64,000 nucleotides of DNA from an uncultured Thermoplasmata archaeon (GTDB lineage: Archaea > Thermoplasmatota > Thermoplasmata > Lutacidiplasmatales > UBA184): positions 32,812-96,811 of the forward strand of contig CAVVLX010000010.1 of NCBI GenBank assembly GCA_963749195.1, read 5' to 3'. Position 1 is the first letter of the stretch, and each line of letters starts with the position of its first letter. The translations under genes and the position numbers were made by a program. Below, one piece after another: positions 18,396 through 28,401 of this stretch. A model generated the notes under the pieces. It was not told the DNA's origin, did not search any database, and saw nothing but the letters and a program-made list of their open reading frames with translations.

Positions 18396-18584
18396 GGGAC
18401 GTCACGGCCGCAATCGTCCAAGAAGGTATGCTGAATCCCCGGTCCGGCGGGTCGCAGGACCGCGGGGGCCTGGTCCGCAGTCGCGAAGAACCGGAGAGCT
18501 CGTCCTCGACCTCAAGGTCCGTCGATTGTAAACAGTTCGGTTGATACGGGGTCGAACGCTTCGAGCGGCGGAAGGAACCGCCTA

Positions 18585-19583
18585 ATGACGAGGATTCTGG
18601 ACGACCTCGAGATCCGTCGAATCATGAATCGTCGGTCGACCGTGGAACGGATGGAGAAGGGATACGAAGCCGACGCGCGGGGAGAGGTCGTCCCGTTTCC
18701 CCGAAATCGGACCGATGCCAGGGGAGTCACCCTGACGTGGATGGGGGCGGCAATTCCCTCCCTCGACCTTCTCGGATTTCGATCCTACTTGTACGATGCG
18801 GCAGGATCGGATCGAGGTCATCAGATCGTTGGCCTTTACCGGTATTCGACGATGGAACTCAAGGCGCTCTTCCTCGGTCGTCAAGTAGGCATCCAGAGGA
18901 CGGGAGCAGCGCTGGCCGCCGCTCTTCGGATCGCTCAGCCCGGTGTTCGGAAGTTGGGGATCATCGGGACCGGCACGCAGGCGCAGGAGATCCTCGCGTG
19001 CGCCTGTATCGCCCTTCACTTGGACTCTGTTTGGGCCTGGAGCCGCGAGGCCGGCAACCGCGCGCGGTTTCAAGCGTGGGCCAAGGACGTCCTCCATCAG
19101 GAAATCGAGTTGGGGAGGGACGCTCGACAGGTCGTAGCGGAGACGCAGGCGATCGCCCTCGCGACCTCCGCTGAAGCGCCCGTGATCACGCCCGACTTGC
19201 TCCCTGGGCCTCGGCTACTCCTGAGCATCAGCGCCTATCGACGCCCGGAGATCGACGTTCGGATAATCGATGCGGCCCCATACGTTTGGACGGATAGCGT
19301 GGATCAGGCACAAAGTCGTGGATCGCTGTTCGACCAGTCTCCCCGTCGAGAGAAGCTCCGGCCCCTTGCAAAGGAGGCCGAGTTGCAGTCCCTTCGCGAC
19401 GAAGGGTCCACCCGAATTATCATCAATACCGGAGCCGCGTGGGAGGAAATTCTGCTCGCGGAGAGCCTACTGCAGGCCGCCGAACGATCGAATGCCGGAA
19501 TCCCATTTGATTTCGCCGCCGAAGAAGCTACGGCCCCCTCCTCGACTGCGCCGGGTCGCGCGACCCCTCGTAACACCGGCTAA
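18585..19583 (+). CDS. ornithine cyclodeaminase / mu-crystallin family protein
   Basis: 332 aa. Rossmann motif LGIIGTGTQAQ. The overall layout is typical of the OCD family. Confidence 0.75.
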   Translation: MTRILDDLEIRRIMNRRSTVERMEKGYEADARGEVVPFPRNRTDARGVTLTWMGAAIPSLDLLGFRSYLYDAAGSDRGHQIVGLYRYSTMELKALFLGRQVGIQRTGAALAAALRIAQPGVRKLGIIGTGTQAQEILACACIALHLDSVWAWSREAGNRARFQAWAKDVLHQEIELGRDARQVVAETQAIALATSAEAPVITPDLLPGPRLLLSISAYRRPEIDVRIIDAAPYVWTDSVDQAQSRGSLFDQSPRREKLRPLAKEAELQSLRDEGSTRIIINTGAAWEEILLAESLLQAAERSNAGIPFDFAAEEATAPSSTAPGRATPRNTG

Positions 19584-19630
19584 GAATCTCATTCGCGCTC
19601 CAACGCTCCTCGAAAACCCGAGCAATCACT

Positions 19631-20539
19631 ATGTCGGCATCGCTTCCTCCGTTATCAGAGCTAAAGAAGGCACTCCGAGCCGCTTGGCCGGGGCGCCGAT
19701 TCCACCGAATCCGAGTCGTCGAGAGCGGTTGGGCGAATTTAGTTCTGGAAGCCGACGATCGGATCGTTTTCCGAATTCCTCGTCGACGAGAAGTTGCGAA
19801 ATCTTTAGACTTCGAAATACGCGCTCTCGAATTGCTCTCCCACTATCTCACGATCCCTATCCCTCGTCCCGAACTATTGTCTACCCTTCGTCGACCCGAG
19901 GGGTGGCCGTTCATGGCGTACCCGAAGTTGACCGGGATTCCGTTGAGCGGGGCGCCTCCCATCGGCCCGACGGGAATTCGGAGGCTCGGAGAGTTCCTCG
20001 GCACGTTGCTCACCGAGCTTGAATCGGTGCCCCCGCGGTCGATGTTACGAATCGGAGCACAACCAGGAAGCCGTGGTGAATGGGAGAAAAGGTATCGGCG
20101 ACTCTTCCGCCGATTCGCAAAGGTCGCTGAACCCGCCATTGAGCCGCGATCGCGGCGGGCGGTATCGACGTCATTCGGTCGATTCTTTGACGCCCTTCGC
20201 GGAGCCCACTATCGACCCATCGCTACCCACCTCGATCTCGGAGTCTACAATATTCTGTGGGATAAGGCATCCAATCGACCGACCGGCGTCATCGATTGGG
20301 AAGACGCTCGGCTGGCGGATCCAGCCTTTGATCTTACTGGGCTGATGATCCTGGGCCCCGCGAACCTTCGCGCCTTGACCGATTCGAGGATGACGCCGGA
20401 GGATTCGACTTTTGAAAGACGGCTCGCATTCTATCGACAGATGGTGCCGCTGCACGATTTCGTTAATGCGGCCGAGATTCGCAACAGCTCAATGATGCGT
20501 AAGTACGCCGCCCAACTCAACGCTCGGTTCCAAGAGTAG
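19631..20539 (+). CDS. aminoglycoside phosphotransferase-like kinase (APH family)
   Basis: Catalytic-loop-like HLDLGVYNILW and metal-binding VIDWEDARLADPAFDL. Confidence 0.8.
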   Translation: MSASLPPLSELKKALRAAWPGRRFHRIRVVESGWANLVLEADDRIVFRIPRRREVAKSLDFEIRALELLSHYLTIPIPRPELLSTLRRPEGWPFMAYPKLTGIPLSGAPPIGPTGIRRLGEFLGTLLTELESVPPRSMLRIGAQPGSRGEWEKRYRRLFRRFAKVAEPAIEPRSRRAVSTSFGRFFDALRGAHYRPIATHLDLGVYNILWDKASNRPTGVIDWEDARLADPAFDLTGLMILGPANLRALTDSRMTPEDSTFERRLAFYRQMVPLHDFVNAAEIRNSSMMRKYAAQLNARFQE

Positions 20540-20784
20540 TGGACGTCACCGAATCTTCATTGTTCGGGCTCCAACGGAACTCGCTTTGATCCGTTCTCCC
20601 CCGATGCGAGTGATCGTAGGGGTGCGTTTCTCGAGAGGGCCGTGGTTCGAGCCGCGATCTTCGTGAGGGCGAGCCGGGAGCGGTCGGGAAACCGGCTCTG
20701 CACTGGATGTCACCTTACACTTTTCTGTGGCGGAAACAGGGGAATTGGAGTCAAAGCAAAGTAGTTGGCAGGAATCTCCGCGTC

Positions 20785-21888
20785 ATGTCGACCCACGGAG
20801 TTTCCGAGGCAACTCGGACCAAGGTGACCCGATTCGTCCTCAAGAATAATCTGCAGGTTCGCCCCGGCGAGCGCGTCATCGTCGAAGGATGGACCCACAC
20901 GCTTCCCTGGGCGGTCACCTTCGCTCGCGAGGCTCGTCGGATAGGCGCTCAACCACTCATCTTGTACGAAGACGAGGGGGCGTACTGGGATGCGGTTGAT
21001 GACGGCGAGGAGAAGATCCTCGGAAAGCCTGCCGGACATGAGTGGGCGGCGCTCGGCAAGACCAACGTGTACGTCCACTTCTATGGTCCGGGCGATCGGG
21101 TTCGGCTTAATGCTCTCCCGGAAGAGAAGGGAAATCGCCTGTTCGAGTTCAACATGGGCTGGTACGTGGCCGCCGCGAAGGCTGGACTGCGAGGCGCCCG
21201 AATGGAAATCGGTCGACCCTATCCAACCCTGGCTCGGGTGTATGGAGTCAACGAATCCAAGTGGCAGGAAGAGGTCCTTCGAGGGACGATGGTCGACCCA
21301 AATACGTTAGCCAAGGCCGCAGCTCCCATCGTCAAGTCGCTCGAGAAGGGGAAGCGGGTGCGGATCCACGACGATGAGGGTACGGACCTTACCCTGGGAC
21401 TGGCCCACCGACCGGTCCAGGTCAGTCGAGGGCGCACTCCCCCCGTCGATCGGAAACGGCCGTTCAACGTGCTCGTGACCCTGCCTTCTGGCGCGGTCCG
21501 CGTCGCCCTTGATGAGAAAGTGGCAGAGGGAACGATTGTCGGCAATCGAACGTGCTACTATGATGACGCGCGGGCTACGGGGGGTGTCTTCCGATTCCGG
21601 AACGGCAAGTTGACCGACTCCGAGTTTGCTCGGGGAGGGGATCGGTTCTCGAAAGACTTCAACGCGGCTGGGAAGGGTCGCGATCAGCCCGGCTGGCTAG
21701 GCATTGGGTTGAACCCGGGATTACACGACACGCCGCAGCTCGAGGATGTTGAGCGCGGGGCGATCACGGTGTCCGTGGGAGGTAACCGAAACCTCGGCGG
21801 AAAGAACCCCGCGCAATTCTTTGGGTGGGTGGTCAACGCCGGCGCGACCGTCGAAGTCGATGGGACGCCCCTGAGGATCGGTCCCTAG
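20785..21888 (+). CDS. M29 (aminopeptidase T / NicX-like) family protein
   Basis: Trimmed to the ATG at 20785. The ~367-aa length and sequence character (VRPGERVIVEGW..., ...GGNRNLGGKN...) resemble thermophilic metalloprotease M29 relatives. This is from recollection only. Confidence 0.6.
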   Translation: MSTHGVSEATRTKVTRFVLKNNLQVRPGERVIVEGWTHTLPWAVTFAREARRIGAQPLILYEDEGAYWDAVDDGEEKILGKPAGHEWAALGKTNVYVHFYGPGDRVRLNALPEEKGNRLFEFNMGWYVAAAKAGLRGARMEIGRPYPTLARVYGVNESKWQEEVLRGTMVDPNTLAKAAAPIVKSLEKGKRVRIHDDEGTDLTLGLAHRPVQVSRGRTPPVDRKRPFNVLVTLPSGAVRVALDEKVAEGTIVGNRTCYYDDARATGGVFRFRNGKLTDSEFARGGDRFSKDFNAAGKGRDQPGWLGIGLNPGLHDTPQLEDVERGAITVSVGGNRNLGGKNPAQFFGWVVNAGATVEVDGTPLRIGP

Positions 21889-22080
21889 TCTCCGAGTGAC
21901 CAGCCGATCGCGGGGGCTACCCCTTCGACTCCCCCTTTCCGGCGGGCGATCGGATTTCGCGCGGAGCCTGGATCGGACCCGCGATCCATCGCCGTCGACC
22001 TCGCGTACCGATCGTCCAACATCGAGCCCGGACCGGGATCGCGAAGTCCTTCGACGGCGGGAATCGGTGCGGCCAACGGG

Positions 22081-22428
22081 CTACGCATGCCAGTCGACGC
22101 CGAGCGTGTTGGGCGGCATATTGGCCATGTCCGCGGCGGTGATTCCATGGATTTCCTGCACTCGTTTGGCAAACCATTGGTCAAAGGGGTCCTTGCCCTC
22201 CAGCATCCTGCCGAGCGCCGCGGCGGCGTCTCCCGGCGAATCGATCACGACGACGACGAAATCCCCCATTGGGGTGTGCTGGTGGAATGCCGATTCTCGA
22301 GTGATTCCGGCCCGTTTCCGTGAGGCAACGTAGCCCGCCTTCTTTTCGTTCCCGAGCTGCTTCGCGAACGACTTCCACTCGTCTACTTTTCCCGGTCGAA
22401 TCGGTACTGCAAATGCGTACGTCCCCAT
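22081..22428 (-). CDS. hypothetical small alpha+beta protein (115 aa)
   Basis: Trimmed to the ATG at 22426-22428, preceded by GGAGGGGA. The upstream part of the track ORF has a non-protein-like composition. Confidence 0.55.
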   Translation of the reverse strand: MGTYAFAVPIRPGKVDEWKSFAKQLGNEKKAGYVASRKRAGITRESAFHQHTPMGDFVVVVIDSPGDAAAALGRMLEGKDPFDQWFAKRVQEIHGITAADMANMPPNTLGVDWHA

Positions 22429-23004
22429 GGTAATCCCCTCCCCTGATTTTCGCGCGCACGATAACGGTTTAGGAGCGGCTCTCTCCTGTTCAGACTCCGG
22501 CCCCCACGGCGGGGCATACACCAGCGATCCGTTTCGTGCAGAGCCGGGTAACTCAAGCCGTAGCTCGCACGAAGCGAACTTTGGTCTCCCGGTTGTTCGT
22601 CGGCTCCGCGGGAGCCCCGACATAGGTCGGACCATTCCTAGGTGGAGCGCACCGAGGGCGGACTCGGTTTCGCGACGGCGGGAGGGAAGTCGACGGAAGA
22701 ATCACCCGGGCCTCGGCGCGGGCATACGGACATCGAGGCTCGTGATCTTTGAGACGAGTGGCCTCGGACCAATCTGGAGTTAACGGGATCTCTATTTGGA
22801 AGCCCGCGGGGATTTCTTGAACGAGGTCGTCGGTGCTACGGGGCAGTCAATAGGGCCGACCTCGGGCAGATCGCGATTGCAATGGCCCTTGCGTTCGAGG
22901 ATTAGATCGGCGACCAAGTAGTCGAGTTAGAAGCAAGACGCGGGAGCATTTGGATTGGATTCCCCTGGCCTCCGCGTGGATTCGTGAGGACTCCGGCTCG
23001 GCAC

Positions 23005-23418
23005 TCACATGGGTCCGAGATTCTGCCAGATCATGAACAGATTCCCTTCGGTGTCTTTGAAGAACGCCGAGGCCCCGAATGACTCGAAGGCGATCGGTCC
23101 CTTGACTCGTGAATCGGGCGAGGCCCTCACGGCCCGCTGAAACTTGACCCCCTTCTTTTGCAGCTGCTTGACCGTGGATCGGATGTTCTTGACGAGGAAG
23201 GTCGAATAGGCGAGGGTTCTCTTTTCCCGCTTCTCCGGTGCAATCAGCCAGATGACACTCTTCCCGAGCTTGAGGGAAGCCCAGAAGTTCTTCATTTCCC
23301 CCGGGGGCCGCTCCCCCAGTCTCCCACCGAGGATCTTGGTGTAGAACTTGATTGCACGGTTCATATCTCGAATCGGGACTAGGGTAACCAATTGATCGCC
23401 AAACGCCATCGTGACCAC
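23005..23418 (-). CDS. VOC (glyoxalase/bleomycin-resistance) family protein
   Basis: 137 aa with a paired beta-alpha-beta-beta-beta character (VPIRDMNRAIKFYTKILG..., FFKDTEGNLFMIWQ). GTG start; ATG 23409 is an alternative. Confidence 0.8.
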   Translation of the reverse strand: MVTMAFGDQLVTLVPIRDMNRAIKFYTKILGGRLGERPPGEMKNFWASLKLGKSVIWLIAPEKREKRTLAYSTFLVKNIRSTVKQLQKKGVKFQRAVRASPDSRVKGPIAFESFGASAFFKDTEGNLFMIWQNLGPM

Positions 23419-23711
23419 CTTCTATAGGGACTTCCCGCCGTGGCGGGACTCCACAGTGGGACGATTCCCACCTAGGATAAGTAGCTACGTGGAACGCCGA
23501 CCAGCGGCCCCAGCAGAAGCGGGAGTGGAAAGTTCCACTATATGGGGCGGGAAGCTCAGTAATCCGCAGCCCGATTCGAGCTTCGGTCCTTCGTGCTCAT
23601 AGGTCGAAGCGCGTAGACCGCTTCGAATCCCACTTCCCCGGGTCCCGGAGGCGGATCGAGAGGCAACATAATCCCTGCTTTTACCTAACCTCGAAACCCC
23701 GGAGCGAATCG

Positions 23712-24698
23712 GTGGATCTGTTCACCCACGTCATCTTTGCCTACCTTCTCTCGTTTATCATCTGGGGGCCTGCCGCGCCCCAATACATCGCAGCCGGCGC
23801 TCTGGCGGGTGGACTTCCGGACGCCGATATTCTGCTCTTCCCCCTGACGCGTTGGTTCCCCTCCCTTCACCACCGGGGAGCAGTGCATACGGTCCTCGGT
23901 GTCACGGTGATCGCCGCGGCCGGTAGTCTCCTCGTCCCCTACCTACCCTACTTTACGCCGGCGTTGACGCTGCTTTACTTTGCGGCGATGGAAATTGGGG
24001 GTCTTTCTCACCTCGCCCTCGATGGCTTCACGAATTATGCCGTGCGTCCGCTGCTCCCTTTCTCCCGACGAGCGCTCCGACTGAATGCGGACGTCGCGGT
24101 GAGTCTCGTCACGATGGCGGTTACCGGCGCGACGCTCATCGTGCTGGTCTTCGAGCGAGGAAGGGTGCCGTTCGGCGTCTGGGAAGAAACGGCGTGGATC
24201 CTCGTGGCAGTGTATGGCGGCTACCTACTTCTTCGAGGCCTCGCCCGTTGGAGAGCCGGCGTTTGGCGGGGGCGTTTCGGGTATTCCGAAGTACTCCCGA
24301 GTACGAGCCCTTGGAGATGGCTGTTGCTGGAAGAGATCGACAACGCGGACCGCTACCGCCTTCGCTTCCGTCGACTCTCGTTGGGGTCGGGCATGGCGGG
24401 GACCGATCGGACGCTCGACGTGGCGAAGGTCCCTTCCACGAACGGTCCGGTCACTTCGCCGCAGGCCGCCCTCGAGCGGACGTATCTTGCGGCGATGGCC
24501 GAGAGCGAGTGGCTCGCCGGCAGCTATCATTTTGGCGAGGCCGCGGAAAAGGGCGGCGTCTACGAGGTGTGGTGGTACATGATCTCCCAAGCGTCCGGAC
24601 GACGCGCGTACGGCGTCCATGGCGAGATCGATCGCGCCACGGGAACGATGCACCTACGTTCGGGTTTCCTTAAACTTCCCTCGGTCACCCCGATGTGA
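23712..24698 (+). CDS. membrane-bound metal-dependent hydrolase (YdjM/DUF457-like) with extra C-terminal domain
   Basis: N-terminus MDLFTHVIFAYLL...GGLPDADILL...HHRGAVHT plus several TM helices. GTG start. Confidence 0.65.
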   Translation: MDLFTHVIFAYLLSFIIWGPAAPQYIAAGALAGGLPDADILLFPLTRWFPSLHHRGAVHTVLGVTVIAAAGSLLVPYLPYFTPALTLLYFAAMEIGGLSHLALDGFTNYAVRPLLPFSRRALRLNADVAVSLVTMAVTGATLIVLVFERGRVPFGVWEETAWILVAVYGGYLLLRGLARWRAGVWRGRFGYSEVLPSTSPWRWLLLEEIDNADRYRLRFRRLSLGSGMAGTDRTLDVAKVPSTNGPVTSPQAALERTYLAAMAESEWLAGSYHFGEAAEKGGVYEVWWYMISQASGRRAYGVHGEIDRATGTMHLRSGFLKLPSVTPM

Positions 24699-24793
24699 TC
24701 TCGATCGCCCGCCCGGGCGAGCTCGAGATTTTCATGCGATCGGGGCGCCAACGTGCCGCGTGCGCTATTTATCTGGCAGAGCTCGAGTGCGAT

Positions 24794-25174
24794 ATGGAGC
24801 CGACGCTTTCCCCTAAATTGGCACCGTACTTGGTCGCCGGAAACGCCCGCGGTTTGATTCGGTTCATCGAGCAAGCAATTGGTGGACGGCTCTCGCTCGA
24901 GATGACCACCCCGGATGGCCACCTCGCGCACGCGGAGGTTCGAATCGCAGACGGGGTAGTGATGATCGGCGAGAAGCCCCCCAACCGGGATCCCTTCCCC
25001 GCGATGCTCCATCTCTACGTAGAAAACTCGGATGCGGCTTTCCGGAGAGCGCTGGACGGCGGGGCCACCAGCGTGCGAGAGCCCGGAGAGTCGGGGGATG
25101 GATGGCGCCGCGGGGGAGTCCGGGACTCTTGGGGGAACGAGTGGTGGTTTTCCTCACCGACGCAGTCGGCTTGA
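24794..25174 (+). CDS. VOC / PhnB-like glyoxalase-fold protein
   Basis: Trimmed to the ATG at 24794. Sequence features are LAPYLVAGNARGLIRFIEQAIGG, HAEVRIADGVVMIGE and GGVRDSWGNEWWF. Confidence 0.8.
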   Translation: MEPTLSPKLAPYLVAGNARGLIRFIEQAIGGRLSLEMTTPDGHLAHAEVRIADGVVMIGEKPPNRDPFPAMLHLYVENSDAAFRRALDGGATSVREPGESGDGWRRGGVRDSWGNEWWFSSPTQSA

Positions 25175-25330
25175 TGGCGGCTCACGAGTGCTTAGTCCCC
25201 CGTAGTCGTTCGAGGGTGGGCGTCGAACGGTGAGAAAGGCGGCCCAACCAATCCCGAACTCGCCTTTCTTGGGTCCGGGCGCGAGACCCTCTCGTGGACG
25301 AAACGCGGTCTCGCCGGAGTCGTTAGGCCT

Positions 25331-25861
25331 TCAGCCTTTGCGGTCCGGCGCCTTCTTTGCCTTGGGAGCGGGAGAGTACTTCTGGGTCCACGCGTCAGAC
25401 AGTTCGTCCCGTCGCGGTTTGTACACCTCCGCATAGAAGCGTTGCGGCGAACCGAGGGTCGCTCGGTCGAACCCTCCTACGATACCCGCCGCCTCGTCCC
25501 AAGCTGCCCGGAAGTTTTCCTTCGATCCGAAGCGCGACTCTACTTGTTTTTGGAATTTCTCGGGAGTCTGGGAATCGCCGCCGATCATGAATCGCAGGCT
25601 TTTGGAATCCGGGTCCCGAACGGCCTCATCTTCACCCAGGCGATACCTTTCCGGGGCGGGTGACTCGGCCGGTTTACCGGGCTCCTGACCCGTCGATTGT
25701 GAGGTCTGCTGGAATCCACGCTTCGCGGCGGCATAGAAGATGGCCCGATTCAACCCCCAGGACTGAGCCGAGTCATGCGGCAAGCCCAGCGACTCCGCGC
25801 GGACCGCCTGAAGAACGGCCATCACCACGAATCGTGTGACGCGACCCTGATTTCGGACCAT
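25331..25861 (-). CDS. hypothetical protein
   Basis: 176-aa ORF with a protein-like composition. I recognise no family. Confidence 0.45.
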   Translation of the reverse strand: MVRNQGRVTRFVVMAVLQAVRAESLGLPHDSAQSWGLNRAIFYAAAKRGFQQTSQSTGQEPGKPAESPAPERYRLGEDEAVRDPDSKSLRFMIGGDSQTPEKFQKQVESRFGSKENFRAAWDEAAGIVGGFDRATLGSPQRFYAEVYKPRRDELSDAWTQKYSPAPKAKKAPDRKG

Positions 25862-26142
25862 GAGGATTCCGGGTACTTGGTTTCGGGACGTCGCGTGCAG
25901 TGCGCGAATTACCCATATCCGTTACGGACCGAGTTGTACGAATTGGTCTAACAAGCAGGGCTCAGTCACTTCACCAATGTCTTGACCTGCAGTCCACTCG
26001 TATGAAGGCAGTCTGAACATGGGCAGATCTGACGGCTTTACCGCGTTCGATACTGGAACCCCCCGGCGGTCTGCGGACGCAATCGCGGCTCCCCCGGGCG
26101 ATCACCGAAACGGGCGCGCGAGACGAGCGACGCCTGTCGTCA

Positions 26143-27396
26143 TCACAGAGTGCTTTTTACCACCGTACCGCCCTTCATCACGAACCGAACATTTCGAAGC
26201 ACGGCCACCTGAGCAAGCGGGTCCCCTTCCACGGCGATGAGATCCGCAAACTTTCCGGGCTCGATGCTTCCGACGCGATCCTGCCAGGAAAGGAGCTCGG
26301 AGGCGGTGACGGTCGCCGCCCGGATCGCGTCAATGGGAGAGAGTCCGAGCTTCGTCATTGCAATGAGCTCGTCCGCGTTCCGACCGTGAGCTTCCGGACT
26401 CGTGGCATCGAACCCATTGGCAATCCGGACTCCTAGCGCCTGCGCCTGACGGAGGGATCGTTCGGCCGCCTGATAGATGACCTGAGCTTTTGCCGACGCT
26501 TCCGGGGAAGGAACGCTGGCGATGTACGCTTCTAAAGCTCCGACCGTGGGAACCAGATAGACCCCACGGGCCTTCATCAATTCCAAACTCGGAGTCGTGG
26601 CCCCGGCTCCATGCTCGATCGAGTCTACCCCGGCGGTCACGGCGTTCAAAATCCCATCGGCGGTGGTCGCATGGGCTGCTACCTTGCGTCCTAACTTGTG
26701 AGCTTCTTCGACGATCACCCGGAGTTCCTCCCCCGACAGCGTTGGGGTGTCCCAGTCGGCGTACACTTTGATCAGATCGGCACCATGGCCGACCTGCTCC
26801 CGAACCGCTCGCCGGGACTCTTCGAGCCCGCTCACCATCTGGGAACCCGTCGGAAATCCTGGCAGATTCGAAGAAATCCCGAACGGGTGGTACTGCCCGA
26901 CGGCGGCAATCCCTCGCGTGGCCACCTGCATTCGGGGTCCCTCGACCAGGCCCTGATGGATGGCGTCTCGCAGGGCGACATCCGAGTACCCCGAACCTTC
27001 ACTTTCCACGTCCCGGACGGTCGTGAATCCGGCTTGGAGCACCGCGTGCGCGTTCGCGGCTCCTTCGAGAGCGCGAAACGCCTCTGACTTGGTGAGCAGA
27101 TTGATCCGGTACCCGTCGGACCCTTCGGGAATCCTGGCCATGAGATGAGTGTGGCAATCGATCAGCCCCGGCAGCACGGTGAGTTGACCAAGATCGATCA
27201 CTCGGAGATTCGCCGTGGCCTTCGAAAGCGATGCGACCGGGGATCCCACTTCTTTGATCCGCTCTCCCTCGACCAGCACCTCGGCGTTTTCGAGGTATTG
27301 TCCGGTACGCACGTCCAGGGCGCGGGCTGCTTTTACGAGAGTAAGGGCGGGAGGAGTCGACGCGCTAGTCGGTTCAGGCTCTGCGGAGACGTTCAT
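26143..27396 (-). CDS. amidohydrolase-superfamily metallohydrolase
   Basis: 417 aa. LPGLIDCHTHL metal-binding motif, internal H and D ligands, and a typical length. Confidence 0.9.
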   Translation of the reverse strand: MNVSAEPEPTSASTPPALTLVKAARALDVRTGQYLENAEVLVEGERIKEVGSPVASLSKATANLRVIDLGQLTVLPGLIDCHTHLMARIPEGSDGYRINLLTKSEAFRALEGAANAHAVLQAGFTTVRDVESEGSGYSDVALRDAIHQGLVEGPRMQVATRGIAAVGQYHPFGISSNLPGFPTGSQMVSGLEESRRAVREQVGHGADLIKVYADWDTPTLSGEELRVIVEEAHKLGRKVAAHATTADGILNAVTAGVDSIEHGAGATTPSLELMKARGVYLVPTVGALEAYIASVPSPEASAKAQVIYQAAERSLRQAQALGVRIANGFDATSPEAHGRNADELIAMTKLGLSPIDAIRAATVTASELLSWQDRVGSIEPGKFADLIAVEGDPLAQVAVLRNVRFVMKGGTVVKSTL

Positions 27397-27706
27397 TGGG
27401 GCTGGGTTCGGGATGTGAGTGTCAAGGATAAATGATGGAGGACGTCCGACTCACACCCTGATCGGGTCGGCGGAGACCGCCGGGGGCCGGGACAAGTGAT
27501 CCCACGATTGTACGAATCCGCTGGGGCATTGTGGCCAATGCGCATATTTTCGCACTCACCCGACTGGGATCTAGCTTCGACTTGCTGACCCCAGAGTGGG
27601 TTGGGGGCGCACCGCGGATTCCCACGAGGGTCGAGTTTTTACGGCCGCCCCGCGGGAGGCGTCCCGGCGCTTGGCACGTCTACCTGAACTGCGCGAGAGT
27701 TCCGGT

Positions 27707-28384
27707 TTAGTTCGCGGAACGCTCTGCCCGATTCGGAGGGATCTTCCGAACCACGACCCACCGGTGCATCGCGATCTTGCGAGTCTTCGCGAATCCCGCC
27801 TTCTCAAACATTCCGAGGGTCCCACTGCATAGGAACGAACGAGAAACCTTGCGGCCCACCACATTTTCGGGGTATGCCTCGACCGTTCCTCCCCCAAGCC
27901 GGGCGATCTCGCGAAGGGCCCCATCGAGGGCGAAGTTCGCAATCCCTTCCCCTCTGCGTTCTCGATCGATGAAGAAGCACGTGATGCGCCAATCCGGAAG
28001 TTCGGGCGACCCTTCTTCGTAGGCCTTCCGGCTCCGGATATTCGGAAGTTCGGAGGTCGGACCGAACTGACACCATCCGACCGCGTTCGGACCGTCGAAG
28101 ACGAGCGCCGCGTGGGCCCTGCCTTCCCGGACGCGCGTCTCCTTCATCGACCGATATTCCGAGCCGGTACGTTTCCGATCGTCCGGCCCGAGATGAAATG
28201 AGATGCACCAGCATCCGCCGAAGATTCCATTGTGCTTCTCCACCAGGCGGGCAAACGCCGGCCATGTCTGGGGGGAGAGCGGTTTCGAGGTGAGTGACAC
28301 GGTCGGTCGCGGATGACCTCCCGGTGGAGAACGCCGAGGCGCTTGCGTTGGGGCGTCGGTGGACGTCTTCGAGCGTCCTGCCAT
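27707..28384 (-). CDS. GNAT-family N-acetyltransferase (paralog of 8941..9624)
   Basis: Motifs are GCWCISFH, VGWCQFG, WRITCFFIDRERRGEGIA and GGGTVEAYP. The GTG at 28300 is an alternative start. Confidence 0.75.
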   Translation of the reverse strand: MAGRSKTSTDAPTQAPRRSPPGGHPRPTVSLTSKPLSPQTWPAFARLVEKHNGIFGGCWCISFHLGPDDRKRTGSEYRSMKETRVREGRAHAALVFDGPNAVGWCQFGPTSELPNIRSRKAYEEGSPELPDWRITCFFIDRERRGEGIANFALDGALREIARLGGGTVEAYPENVVGRKVSRSFLCSGTLGMFEKAGFAKTRKIAMHRWVVVRKIPPNRAERSAN

Positions 28385-28401
28385 CGGGGATCTCCTCTCG
28401 T

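Noticed and set aside
20630-20665. tRNA-like T-arm string GGTTCGAGCC.
   Set aside because: The flanks cannot be folded into acceptor, D and anticodon arms. I found no tRNA anywhere in the window.
22640-22700. RNase P RNA-like strings (GGTGGAGCGCACC and GGGAGGGAAGTCGACGG) in the long spacer.
   Set aside because: The order is wrong relative to the RNase P CR-I and GUAAGAGCGCACC elements. No complementary P4 3' strand (ACAGAAxCCGGCUUA-like) is present, and the matches are imperfect.
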